From assembly GCF_006345805.1 (NCBI RefSeq), contig NC_043005.1, forward strand, positions 11,098,001-11,162,000: a DNA stretch of 64,000 nucleotides, given 5' to 3'. The translations under genes and the position numbers were made by a program. Below, in pieces: positions 1 through 10,932 of the stretch. A model generated the notes under the pieces. The model searched no databases and was not told the DNA's origin. It saw only the letters and a list, made by a program, of their open reading frames with translations. The stretch is from Octopus sinensis (Eukaryota). Position 1 is the stretch's first letter, and each line of letters starts with the position of its first letter.

Positions 1-489
1 TGGCGGAAGTTTGGCTGAGTAATTATAGCATTGTATAGAAAGCTACACAAAATTTGCCCTGATTCTTTACCCGGTGTTCAAATACTGCAGAGATCAACTT
101 TGCTTCTCATAATTCGGGGTCCATAGACAAAATTCTAATTCAGAGTAGCGAGCTGGGAGAAATGTATATAACAGCGTCGGACAAAGTGTCTTGTGATACG
201 TGATCCGACTCCATGCGTACTGAAAGCAACAGTTGCGATAGGACAAGTACCAATCTGCCGTAGTTATCTTCGGATAAAATCAGTAGCGTGGAGAAGGGAG
301 GCCTGTACTGTTGGGCAATGTGCAGTCTTGCACCGTAGGACAAACTTCCCCAGGACAAAACCTCCTAAGTTAAAGTGCGAAATAGGACAAAATCCCATCA
401 ATTATAATTTTACTATTTTTTAAAAACTTTGTTACCATTTAATAGCATTCAAATTAGAAGAAAAAATATAACTCAAGGGATTTATTGCT

Positions 490-885
490 GAAGTGAGTGA
501 CTGTGTCGTAAGTAGCTTACTTACCAACCACATGGTTCCGGGTTCAGTCCTACTGCGTGGCACCTTGGGCAAGTGTGTTCTACTCTAGCCTCGGGCCGAC
601 CAAAGCCTTGTGAGTAGATTTGGTAGACGGAAACAGAAAGCAGCCCGTCGTATATATGTATGTGAGTGTGTGTGTGTTTGTGTTTATGTGTTTGTCCCCT
701 AACATCGCTTGACAACCGATGCTGGTGTATTTACGTCCCCGTAACGTAGCGGTTCGGCAAAAGAAACCGATAGAATAAGTACTAGGCTTACAAAGAATAA
801 GTCCTGGGGTCGATTTCTTCGGCTAAAGGCGGTGCTCCAGTATGGCCCCAGTCAAATGACTTAACCAAGTAAAAGAGTAAAAGAG
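490..885 (+). mobile_element. tRNA-derived SINE family A (internal TA/TG microsatellite), near full length
   Basis: A/B-box-like head (gtgactgtgtcgtaag...gggttcagtcc), body ccttgggcaagtgt..., 3' end gtaaaagag repeats; >10 homologous copies in the window. Confidence 0.85.
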
Positions 886-1037
886 AGAGAAGATAATCAT
901 GAAAAATATTAGTCTTTGTGATCATTGTTTTGTCTACCTGAGTATCTTAATTACCCATGGCTAGGTAAAAACTTAGCTTCTTAAAACATATCTTCTACCC
1001 GAGTACCGTAATTCTCCATGTATATTCTTTTACAAGT

Positions 1038-1270
1038 GATGTTGGGGGGACAAACACAGACACACAAACACACACATACATAATATTTATATATATACAT
1101 ATATACGACGGGCTTCTTTCAGTTTCCGTCTACCAAGTCCACTCACAAGACTTTGGTCGGCCCGAGGCTAGAGTAGAAGACACTTGCCCAAGGTACCACG
1201 CAGTGGGACTGAACCCGGAACCATGTGGTTGGTAAGCATGCTACTTACCACACAGCCACTCCTACACCTA
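1038..1270 (-). mobile_element. SINE family A, 5' half
   Basis: Reverse complement of the family A head and body up to the internal microsatellite. Confidence 0.85.
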
Positions 1271-1880
1271 TGGTAAAGGTAAAAACATCTTAAAAAGAAA
1301 CTAACAGTGCAACGGAAGGCCAATAATGTCACCAACCGCTAAGGAAAACATGCAGATACACACACACGTACACACACACACACACACACACACAGACACA
1401 CACACACAGACACACAGACACACACACGCACACAAATTTTGCCTCAGGCCCGCAGTTATATGACTACCCCTACGTGATGGATATCCGCTTCTACACAACC
1501 ATCTTTACATATCAAAACGTCACTGAGACCTATTGTGTTTAGCTTAAATATGCAGAACACTCCCCAGGAAGCATTTTTTCCGTCAACCATATTGATGATG
1601 CTTCAAAACAGAAAAAAAGAATTAATGTTTTCGGCTCAATCTCAAAATATATCTCTATGGATTCTGAAGCAACAGTTTCCATATTAGCAAATATGCAGTA
1701 GCAGCAGTTATAATATGCAATGGCAGCAATATTGCTTGAATTGTTTCGACAGATGAGCAAGTGCAGTAGCACCAAACAACTTTCTGCCTAGTCGGGTGGG
1801 TGGCGGTAAAGGAGAAAGAAACATGAGGACGCGCAAGAAAGCGAAGATCCAAATCAACTAGATGATGGATTATGTCTACT

Positions 1881-2095
1881 CTTTTCTACACTAGGCACAT
1901 GGCCCGAAATTTTGCAGGAGAGGGCCAGTCGATTAGATCGATCCCCAGTACACAACTGGTACTTAATTTATCGACCCCGAAAGGATGAAAGGCAAAGTCG
2001 ACCTCGGCGGAATTTGAACTCAGAACGTAACGGCAGACGAAATACGGCTACGCATTTCGCCCGGCGTGCTAACGTCTCTGCCAGCTCGCCAGCTT
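1881..2095 (-). mobile_element. tRNA-derived SINE family B with 19-bp TSD
   Basis: Head ggcgagctggcaga...gagttcaaattcc (B box) on the minus strand; atgatggattatgtctact at 1862-1880 and 2096-2114. Confidence 0.9.
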
Positions 2096-2131
2096 ATGAT
2101 GGATTATGTCTACTGCTTATGTCTACTCCGA

Positions 2132-2203
2132 AGCAGAGTGGCTCAGTGGAAGTGTGCTGGGCCCATAACCCAGAGGTCCGTAGATCGAAACAACGCTCTG
2201 CTA
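2132..2203 (+). tRNA. tRNA-iMet: Initiator tRNA-Met (CAT), with one D-stem and one T-stem mismatch
   Basis: AGCAGAGTGGCTCAGTGGAAGTGTGCTGGGCCCATAACCCAGAGGTCCGTAGATCGAAACAACGCTCTGCTA: 72 nt, A1:U72 acceptor stem AGCAGAG/CTCTGCT, CAT anticodon, initiator-type GATCGAAA T-loop; T-run terminator at 2224-2232. Confidence 0.88.
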
Positions 2204-2223
2204 AGCGATGTTATTATTCTCTC

Positions 2224-2232
2224 TTTTTTTTT
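2224..2232 (+). terminator. Pol III terminator of the tRNA-iMet gene
   Basis: T9 run about 20 nt downstream of the tRNA 3' end. Confidence 0.6.
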
Positions 2233-2235
2233 ATA

Positions 2236-2615
2236 GGCGTAGGAGTGGCTGTGTGGTAAGTAGCTTGCTTACCAACCACATGGTTCCGGGCTCAGTCCCA
2301 CTGCGTGGCACCTTGGGCAAGTGTCTTCTGCTATAGCCTCGGGCCGACAAAAAGCCTTGTGAGTGGATTTAGTAGATGGAAACAGAAAGAAGCCCGTCGT
2401 ATATATGTATATATGTGTGTATATATGTTTGTGTGTCTGTGTTTGTCCTCCCAACATCGCTTGACAACCGATGGTGGTGTGTTTACGTCCCCGTAACTTA
2501 GCGGTTCGGCAAAAAAAGCCGAAGAATAAATCCTGGGGTCGATTTGCTCGTCTAAAGGCAGTGCTCCAGCATGGCCACAGTCAAATAACTGAAGCAAGTA
2601 AAAGAGTAAAGAGTA
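2236..2615 (+). mobile_element. SINE family A, full length
   Basis: ggcgtaggagtggctgtgtggtaag... through gtaaaagagtaaagagta; starts right after the tRNA terminator. Confidence 0.9.
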
Positions 2616-2664
2616 TTACAGCATCATACAAAGAGCAGTCATGGAGGTTTCTATGGGGTCGCTG

Positions 2665-2850
2665 GATACGCTGGAAATAACAGCTAAATCTCCTTCTGAT
2701 CACACCCACCGGCCTTAATAAAGGATACATTGGAGAATGTAATTTCAGATTCCTTGCGCCTAGGAAGAGGACGAGATGGTCACGGATAGAATGCTTTTAG
2801 ATTATTAGTCTCAGCGATCAGGTTAACCTAAGCCACAACAATAACAATAG
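2665..2850 (+). mobile_element. Old interspersed repeat family E (SINE-like 3' part, CAA tail)
   Basis: gaaataacagctaaatctcc...gatggtca...gaatgc...aacaac; similar segments at about 23750-23945 (+), 37957-38144 and 56100-56260 (-). Confidence 0.5.
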
Positions 2851-3319
2851 AAACGTGTCAGTATTTATTGTTATTCTTGCTATTTAAACCTAGGACAACT
2901 CTGATCTAGCAGACCTGTGATCCCAGGCAATCTAACCGTGACCATCCCATACTATAAGTATAGAAATATTTCCAATAGCAACTTAGTATTGGCTCATTGT
3001 ATTGTAAGTTTGTTGTTGTTAACGTTGTTGTAGCAGCAACAGTTTAATTATAGGCCAGCTGTGATAAATACAGTCAAGCTTATGATCAAATGACATTCCA
3101 AAAATGGTAATTCCATCTAATTTTCTTCTAGGATGGTGTACTCCGTGAAACATTATTCAAAATGCCCGCAGCGTATGGACTGAGAGAGAATTAGCTGATA
3201 TTTCTAACAAGTCGATCCATCACTCAAAGATCAGTGACTCTTCTACTCTTTCACTGTCGGCTGACGGTGATCTTAGTTGATGCAAATATTATTTATATTA
3301 TTGGAAATGACATTATTAC

Positions 3320-3408
3320 ACCGCGATTATTGTTATTATTATTATCATCATCAGCATCTTCATTATTATCATTGTTGTTGTTATCATTATTATTACTATT
3401 ATTATTAC

Positions 3409-3447
<39 letters not shown>

Positions 3448-3461
3448 TATTATTACTATTA

Positions 3462-3519
<58 letters not shown>

Positions 3520-3531
3520 TACTACTACTAC

Positions 3532-3564
<33 letters not shown>

Positions 3565-3786
3565 CATCATCATCATTGTTATTATTGTTATCATTATTAT
3601 TATCTTTATCCTCCTTCTCCTCCTCCTCCTCCTCATCATCATCATCAACATCATCATTATTATCAATGTTTTTCTTAATCTAAAACCTTGAGGTTAGTAA
3701 AGAAATTATTATTATTACTATTATTATCATCATCATCATCATCATCATTATTATTATTATTATTATCATTAGTAGTAGTAGTAGTG

Positions 3787-3817
<31 letters not shown>

Positions 3818-3927
3818 AGTAGTAGTAGTAGTAGTAGTGGCAGTAGTAAGAGCAGCAGCAGCAGAAGTTGTTGTTGTGCTGTTGTTGTTGCTGTTGTTGT
3901 TGTTGTTGTTGGAGATGTTACTGCTGT

Positions 3928-3965
<38 letters not shown>

Positions 3966-4330
3966 ACGCTGCTGCAAGTCGTCTTGGTTACCATAATGTA
4001 TCAACAGCAAAAGTAATAATTTTCGCGTCATCATAACCAACGCCGCCATCTCAACAGCACATGCAGCAGCAGCTGCTGTGACGACGACAACAACAACAAC
4101 AACAACAGCAAATAAAATGTAAGGGCAACAACAACATCAGGAGCAGCAGCCTTGTCAGCGTCGTCGTCGTCAGTAACATTGTTATAGTCGCCATTGCGAT
4201 TATAACAAATTGTTGACGTCACTCTACCGCCATTGTCTTCCTTCTTTCAGAGACGTGTCAGTTGCACAACAACAACAATAACAACAGCAGCAGCAACAAC
4301 AACATACCTGACAAAAAAAAAAACGTTATC
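3320..4330. repeat. Compound trinucleotide microsatellite (ATT, CAT, AGT, GTT, GCT, CAA)
   Basis: Directly visible; source of the poly-L/Y/I ORFs in the track. Confidence 0.95.
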
Positions 4331-4820
4331 CACATTAACAACAATGACAAACAGAAAACGATGACAACAACTACAACGATAGCAAAAATGGCAGCGACAA
4401 CGATAATACAATAGGCGTGAATGACGAATCGATATTGTAATTAGGTTCTCATTCTCTAGCTATGATCAAAAATATAGAGAGAGCGCCCCCTGGTGATAAG
4501 AGATTGGAAAAGCGACAAATATTATAGAATTTGAATATAACAAGCATGCGACAGAATGGTTAGAGAAAAAGAGTGTTGACACGAAGAAAACTGTAGACTG
4601 ATTAAATAAAACGAACGAAAATAGAATTAATGTGTGTGTGTGTGAGTGTGTTTGTATATGTGTGTATGTGTATATACATGATGTAAATGTGTGTACATGT
4701 ATATACAGATATATTACACACACACACATATATATATACACGCATAAAATATATATGGGCATATGTATATATGCATACATACATACATACACACATACAT
4801 ACATACATATACATTCATAC

Positions 4821-4888
<68 letters not shown>

Positions 4889-5297
4889 TCCATAATGCAT
4901 ATATTTATCTAGATTAATAACATATATGTATGTCTGTATATAAGTGTGTTTGTGCACTAATGTGCGTATATGTATCATATATATGTGTGCGTGTGTGTGA
5001 GTGGATATGTATGTGTATGCGTATCTATCTATCCATCTATCTATCTATCTATCTCACTATCTATCTATCTATAGATAGACAGATAGAATAGATAAATTGA
5101 TTGATTGATTGATTGTGTGATAGGAACACAGATATTTAAATGTGAGTCCACACGTGTACACTTGTACACTGTATAAATGTTTATATTCATATGTATGTAT
5201 TTATATACCGATTATATATATATATATACACGAATCTTTTGCGTAATGAGATAAAAAACCAAGGCTGTATAGATATTAGAGCATTTATAGATAGAAG

Positions 5298-5351
5298 GTC
5301 TTACAGCTGTTTCTAGGATATTAATTAATAAAATATCCCTTCATGGGAGAC
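5298..5351 (-). ncRNA. Degenerate hammerhead-like motif (helix III palindrome ACAGCUGU, GUA site)
   Basis: Minus strand GTCT-CCCATGAA-GGGATATT..AATATCCT-A-GAA-ACAGCTGT-A-AGAC; CUGA core is mutated. Confidence 0.4.
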
Positions 5352-5439
5352 GGTGTGAGAGGAAAAATTAAGTCATAGTTAGTTTCGATGTGATACAAAT
5401 AAAAGTATACATATATACATATATATATATATATAATAT

Positions 5440-5494
<55 letters not shown>

Positions 5495-5509
5495 CATATA
5501 TATATATAC

Positions 5510-5555
<46 letters not shown>

Positions 5556-5584
5556 ATATATATGTATATATATACATAATAACA

Positions 5585-5959
5585 TAATGATATATATGCA
5601 TAAATGGGTACAGGACGTCACCAACCGTGTAAACAACATGAAGTACGTAAACAAATGAGTTAAATACACAAACAACGAGAGAAGATGGAAAACGGGACAA
5701 GTAACACAAAGAAAAACCCTTCATCAGTTGTCGGTTGTCTATCTACTTCTCATTTCGAGCATTCAACGACAATATGAGATTTTGAAGACAGTTGCTCTCA
5801 TAAATTTCCAAATAAAATTTGGGATTTATGGAGGCTCAAAGTCGGGACAACTGATGAAGGGTTATTCATTGTATTACTTGTCCTGTTTTCGTATTTAACG
5901 TGCTTGTTTCGTACTTCCAATTGTTTACACAGTTGGTGACATCCTCTACCCATATATGC

Positions 5960-5960
<1 letters not shown>
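5585..5960. mobile_element. Palindromic MITE-like element inserted in (TA)n
   Basis: Left arm tatgcataaatgggtacaggacgtcaccaaccgtgtaaacaa...cccttcatcagttgtc matches the reverse complement of the right arm gacaactgatgaagggtt...gttggtgacatcctctacccatatatgcata. Confidence 0.7.
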
Positions 5961-6006
<46 letters not shown>

Positions 6007-6081
6007 TATTTACATTATTATTTAATTAAACGCCACGCATCCATTTCCAAGTATATATATATACATACACACATGCCTGTG

Positions 6082-6125
<44 letters not shown>

Positions 6126-6134
6126 TATATATAT

Positions 6135-6176
<42 letters not shown>

Positions 6177-6274
6177 TATATATATGTGTGTATATATATA
6201 TACATATATATATATGTATATATATATGTATATATATATACATATATACATATATATATATGTGTATATATATA

Positions 6275-6373
6275 TGACTTGCTTTATTTATATTCCTGAG
6301 CGCCATACTAATACAATTGTTTGTTTGTATTCCACCTGCCTTCGTCTTTTGTTTATTTTCATAAAGCTTCCCG

Positions 6374-6378
<5 letters not shown>
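6275..6378. mobile_element. Fragment of the (TA)n-inserted Penelope-like short element also at 26056-26260
   Basis: Reverse complement of about 26056-26160 (gggaagctttatgaaaa...ggcgctcaggaa..taaa). Confidence 0.75.
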
Positions 6379-6417
<39 letters not shown>

Positions 6418-6949
6418 AAGCAAAATAAGACAAAATAGAAAATGCTAAAATAATTTTATCATGAAGAACATTTCAGTACCGTTTTCAGTCTTTGTGACTT
6501 TTTCAACTTAAACTAAAGCATGAAAAACAATTAAATTGTAGAAAAATCAAATGAGATGTTTTTTAAAAACATTTCCATAATTTTCAAATGCAAGGGACAT
6601 TTCCCTTTTTTCTGTCTGTCTGTCTCTTTTATACTCTTGTGGATTATAGGTAGTTAGCAGCAGCAGTTAGTTTGATATGAATTATTGTCTTTGTTTAAGC
6701 AGCAGTAGTAGTAGAGAAAGGAGCCGACGAAGAAGAAAAAGAAGAGGAAGAAGAAAAAGGAGGAGGACGAGGACCAGGAAAAGTAGATGCGGGAGTGGTA
6801 TGACATTAGTAGGATGTTGGTGGAATCCTCTTAAATGGTCAAGTGACCTAAAAGTGCACTGTTGTGGTTGTAATAGTAGTGATTGGAATTGTTCTGAATA
6901 CATCGTTTTTAATATTTGCGTGGGTATTATACTAAGGCTCTTGTATCAT

Positions 6950-7430
6950 TTGTGGTGGACGCATTCAAAAGGAGTTTATATTTTGTGATTTTTTACTGAT
7001 ACGCTGACTACAGGTTGCATCGTCTCAATTTATAGAGGGTTAAAATTCTGAAGCTGGGTTGTTCGTTAGTGGCGCAAATGTAGATGTGTTCGCCGAATGC
7101 TATTTTTCTGTATCCCCGAATTTTGCTCTGGGATCTATGTAGAGCCATCCTTTGACATAGACCGTTTTTGGTTTGGTCTATATATTGCTCTCGACATCCA
7201 GAGCAAGTTAATACATATATTAAGTTCTCTGAAGCAGATGTTAAGTTGTTTTCCACTGTAAAACGTTGACCCTGTTTGAAAGAGAACTCCGATCCCTCAA
7301 TTAGGTTGATGCATATACCACAGTTAGGTCTTACGCATGTTTTTACTGTAGACTTCAGTGCTGTTGTCGAGCCTACTTAGGCTTGTGTTAGGAGACTTTC
7401 ATAGATCTGGGTTGTCTTTTGCTCTTTATA
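6950..7430 (-). pseudogene. Penelope-like element, GIY-YIG endonuclease region (decayed)
   Basis: Minus strand reads SKRQPRSMKSLLTQA*...KTCVRPNCGICINLIEGSEFSFKQGQRFTVENNLTSASENLIYVLTCSGCREQYIDQTKNGLCQRMALH: the CxxC plus (N)LIY..C..C..YI(G)QT GIY-YIG signature of Penelope-type elements. Confidence 0.85.
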
Positions 7431-7805
7431 ATGGTGTGCGTTTGGAGGATTTTTCTTTACACTGAGCTGCGTCAGAGCAGGCAAAGCCGTCGGGGCCAGA
7501 GTTGCGACACAGGTTTGGGCTGAAGAGAAATACAACGAACTCCGGTACTTCCCCCCAGTCAACTGGAGAAGGCCTTGCAACGCAATGAATAGCACAGATC
7601 GCATAAGTCCGTAATTCAACAGAGAGAATACAAAAGAGTAAATGAGAGGCGTCACTTTTCAGTTGCATCATGTAGCTTCACATGCAGCAGGTGTCATCGT
7701 TGCTGCAGATCAAGATGCAGGCCTTGTGGCCCACATGCAATACTGCCAGAGATGAAATCTGAACAGAACAGTCAACGTCAGTCTACAACGGACAGCCGAC
7801 GACGT
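7430..7805 (+). mobile_element. RTE-clade LINE 3' fragment with C-terminal zinc-finger motif
   Basis: Frameshifted reading LEDFLYTELRQ.R.SRRGQ...FTCSRCHRCCRSR/AGLVAHMQYCQR*, typical of RTE C-termini. Confidence 0.65.
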
Positions 7806-7931
7806 GCACCACACACTCACACACACACACACCACACACACACACACACACACATACATACACACACACACACACGTACACATACACACACACATACACA
7901 CTCACGTACACATACACACACAAACACATAC

Positions 7932-8330
7932 CTATTTCTTTACTATCCACAAGGGGCTAAACACAGAGGGGACAAACAAGGTCAGACAAACGGATTAAGT
8001 CGACTATATTGACCCCAGTGCATAACTGGTACTTATTCAATTGACCCCGAAAGGATGAAAGGCAAAGTCGACCTCGGCGGAATTTGAACTCACAACGTAG
8101 CGGCAGGCGAAATACCTATTTCTTTACTACAGAGAGGACAAACAAGGACAGACAAACGGATTAAGTCGATTATATCGACCCCAGTAGGTAACTGGTACTT
8201 AATTTATCGACCCCGAATGGATGGAAGGCAACGTCGACCTCGGCGGAATTTGAACTCAGAACGCAACGGCAGGCGAAATACCACAAAGCATTTCACGGGA
8301 CGTGCTAACGTTTCTGCCAGCTCGCCGACC
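7932..8330 (-). mobile_element. SINE family B tandem multimer
   Basis: Full head near 8330 followed by headless unit(s) joined at aaagaaataggtatttcg. Confidence 0.85.
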
Positions 8331-8579
8331 TTTATTAAGAAAGCCCTTACAGTAGAAGTTGTAGATAGGGTGTACAAAAGAAGTTCAAGTAATGGTGACA
8401 CGTGATGCAAATGTATATATCTAAGCAATATAACTAAAGCTCTGTACGTATAGGGTGCATATATCCAATGTTAAGCTATAAGTCATAAAAATGAAAAACA
8501 TGTTAAAATCGGATTCCTTAATCGCATTAGTTCTTATAGATGAACTATAAATTGTGTGAACTGTATTCACAAGGGGAAC

Positions 8580-9170
8580 TCCACTTATACGTATGTGTGT
8601 ATTATGACAAAGCATGTATGTATGCATGTATGTGTGTATGTTTGTGTGTTTGTATGTTGTAAATGTATGTATGCATTAATATGTGTACATATATATGTAT
8701 GTACTAATGTATGCTTGTATGTATGTATGTATGCATGTTTGTGTATGTACGTATGTGTGTATGAGTATGTGTGTATGTATGTGTGAGTGAGTGTATGTAT
8801 GTATGTATGTGTGTGTATGTAGGCATGAATGTATGTACATATATGTATGTACGTATGTATGTATGTATGCATGTATGCATGTATGTGTGTGCATGTATAT
8901 ATGTACTTATGTATGTATGCATGTATGTGTGCGTGTTTGTGTATGTACGTATGTGTGTGTATGTGTATGTTAGTGTGTGTATGTATGTATGCATGTATGT
9001 ATGTATGTATGTATGTGTATGTATGTATGCATGAATGTGTGTACATATATGTATGTACGTATGTATATATCAATGTAAGTGTGTGCATGTATGTATGTAC
9101 TTATGTATGTATGCATGTATGTTTGTATGTATGCGTGTTTGTGTGTGTATATATGTGTGTATGTGTGTAG
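8580..9170. repeat. Degenerate (TATG)/(TG) microsatellite
   Basis: Directly visible. Confidence 0.95.
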
Positions 9171-9172
9171 GG

Positions 9173-9405
9173 CGGCGAGATGGCAGAAACGTTAGCACGC
9201 CGGGCGAAATGCTTAGCAGTATTTCGTCTGGTGCTACGTTCTGAGTTCAAATTCCGCCGAGGTCGACTTTGCCTTTCATCCTTTCGGGGTCGATAAATTA
9301 ATTGTACCAGTTACGCACTGGGGACGATGTAATCGACTTATTCCGTTTGTCTGTCCTTGTTTGTCCCCTCTGTGTTTAGCCCCTTGTGGGTAGTAAAGAA
9401 ATATG
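9173..9405 (+). mobile_element. SINE family B
   Basis: ggcggcgagatggcagaaacg...gagttcaaattccgccgaggtcgac...gtagtaaagaaata. Confidence 0.9.
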
Positions 9406-9559
9406 TATATATGTGTGTATGAGTATGTGTGTGTATATATGAATGTATTTATATGTTCTCTTCTGTATTTAATCATTTAAATTCTTCCTCTGAAGAAGGA
9501 GCTGGTTTATAACAATGATACAAGACTTCATTCCTGGAATATAGATAACAAAAATAATG

Positions 9560-10030
9560 TCACATTTTAAATTTCAGTAAAGTTTTGGATATTTTTTACT
9601 GATCTACTTACAGATTATATTTGTAATGTGCGAGTTGGTTGATTTCTTTTTCTGAACACCGTAGCTTATCCAGATTGTCACTTAGGCAACTAGTTACAAA
9701 ACGAAGGACACCAATTATTATTGCTATAAATGTGAAGTTATAATCTGGATTTAGAAGCTGGAGGTTTCGAAGCAGTTGTCAATAATTGATTTTCGAAGAG
9801 ATATATCAGCAGGAAAGCTGACCCCTATGACATGCTTTCTCTTGTCTGTCTCAAATAACAATATCCGGCCTGTTATGTTTACACTTGACGAAATGTTCCA
9901 CCAGTATTCCTTGTGTCGATGTATGTATATATGTCATTATTCAGTTTTATTTCAAGATTTCTCGCCAATAGAGAAAGGGTCGATTTCTAACCTAAATTCA
10001 AGGCTTCTTCATTGGAATTTCAACATCAAC
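9560..10030 (-). mobile_element. R4/Dong-type non-LTR retrotransposon, RLE endonuclease C-terminus (decayed)
   Basis: Minus strand KEYWWNISS..CKHNRPDIVI...LRNLQLLNPDYNFTFIAIIIGVLRFVTSCL; homologous to 21386-22343. Confidence 0.75.
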
Positions 10031-10107
10031 AACAGGGAATTTTTGTTTGCACGTATGTATGTATGTATGTATGTATGTATGTATGTATGTATGTATTATG
10101 TATGTAT

Positions 10108-10329
10108 GTATGTATGTATATCTGCAGATTTGTATGTTTTGCTTTATGTATGCATTCTCATGCATATCTAGACATGCTCGTATGTATTCAAATGATAAAC
10201 TCCTGGCAAGTTTTACAGATCTTTACAGTTCCAATGATGGATTGGATCTGTAGTATTCGAATTAGTTTTCTCCTTTCTGGTTTTTGAGAAGCCTCATTTC
10301 ACAAGATTGGTATTTAGGCAGTGTGTTAC

Positions 10330-10335
<6 letters not shown>
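10108..10335 (-). mobile_element. 5'-truncated R4/Dong-type 3' end embedded in (TACA)n
   Basis: Minus strand KLIRILQIQSIIGTVKICKTCQEFII* plus 3' UTR; clearly similar at DNA level to about 22215-22340; (TATG)n on both sides. Confidence 0.8.
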
Positions 10336-10360
<25 letters not shown>

Positions 10361-10414
10361 TGTATGTATGTATGTATGTATGTATGTATGTATGTATGCA
10401 TGCATGCATGTATG

Positions 10415-10576
10415 CACTAGTGCAGCTAGTGTGTGTGCCGCCCGGGCCGGCCATTCAGTTTGTAGCCCCCGGACCCCACAAAAAACACATATTGCGTACA
10501 GCAGACCCCAAAGTGGTATCCCTTTAAAAGTGCCTCCCGGGGCGGACCGCCCTGACCGCACCTAGTTACGCTAGTG
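10415..10576. mobile_element. GC-rich MITE (162 bp) in (TATG)n
   Basis: Imperfect TIRs cactagtgcagctag / ctagttacgctagtg; internal gccgcccggg and cccggggcgg. Confidence 0.65.
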
Positions 10577-10682
10577 TATGTATGTACGCATGTATGTATG
10601 TATGTATGTATGTATGTATGTATGTATGTATGTATGTATGTATGTATGTATGTATGTATGTATGTACGTACATAGCTATGCC

Positions 10683-10932
10683 TTCCCATGTGTCAGGAGA
10701 GATGCAAGCATCTCTTAAGGATGCCTTCAGCAAGTCCTTATACCTCTTTTTGGTTTATGTGGAGGTCGTTCTCCTTTAGCTAACTCTCCATAAAGGAGTT
10801 GTTTTGGCATCTTTGAATCCTTCATCCTGACCAGATGACCACTCCATCTGAGCCTTTGCTTTAACATAAGATCTTCTATGCTTTCACACCAAGAGCCTTC
10901 CAATATTTCAAGATCACTGATGCAGTCGTTGG
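10683..10932 (-). mobile_element. RTE (BovB-like) LINE fragment
   Basis: SIEDLMLKQRLRWSGHLVRMKDSKMPKQLLYGELAKGERPPHKPK/RYKDLLKASLR: RLRWxGH..R..LYGEL motif. Confidence 0.85.

Noticed and set aside
6455-6510. Minus-strand aagactgaaaacggtactgaaatgttctt as a decayed hammerhead
   Set aside because: G8 missing, stem II too short and the palindrome broken; suggestive only.
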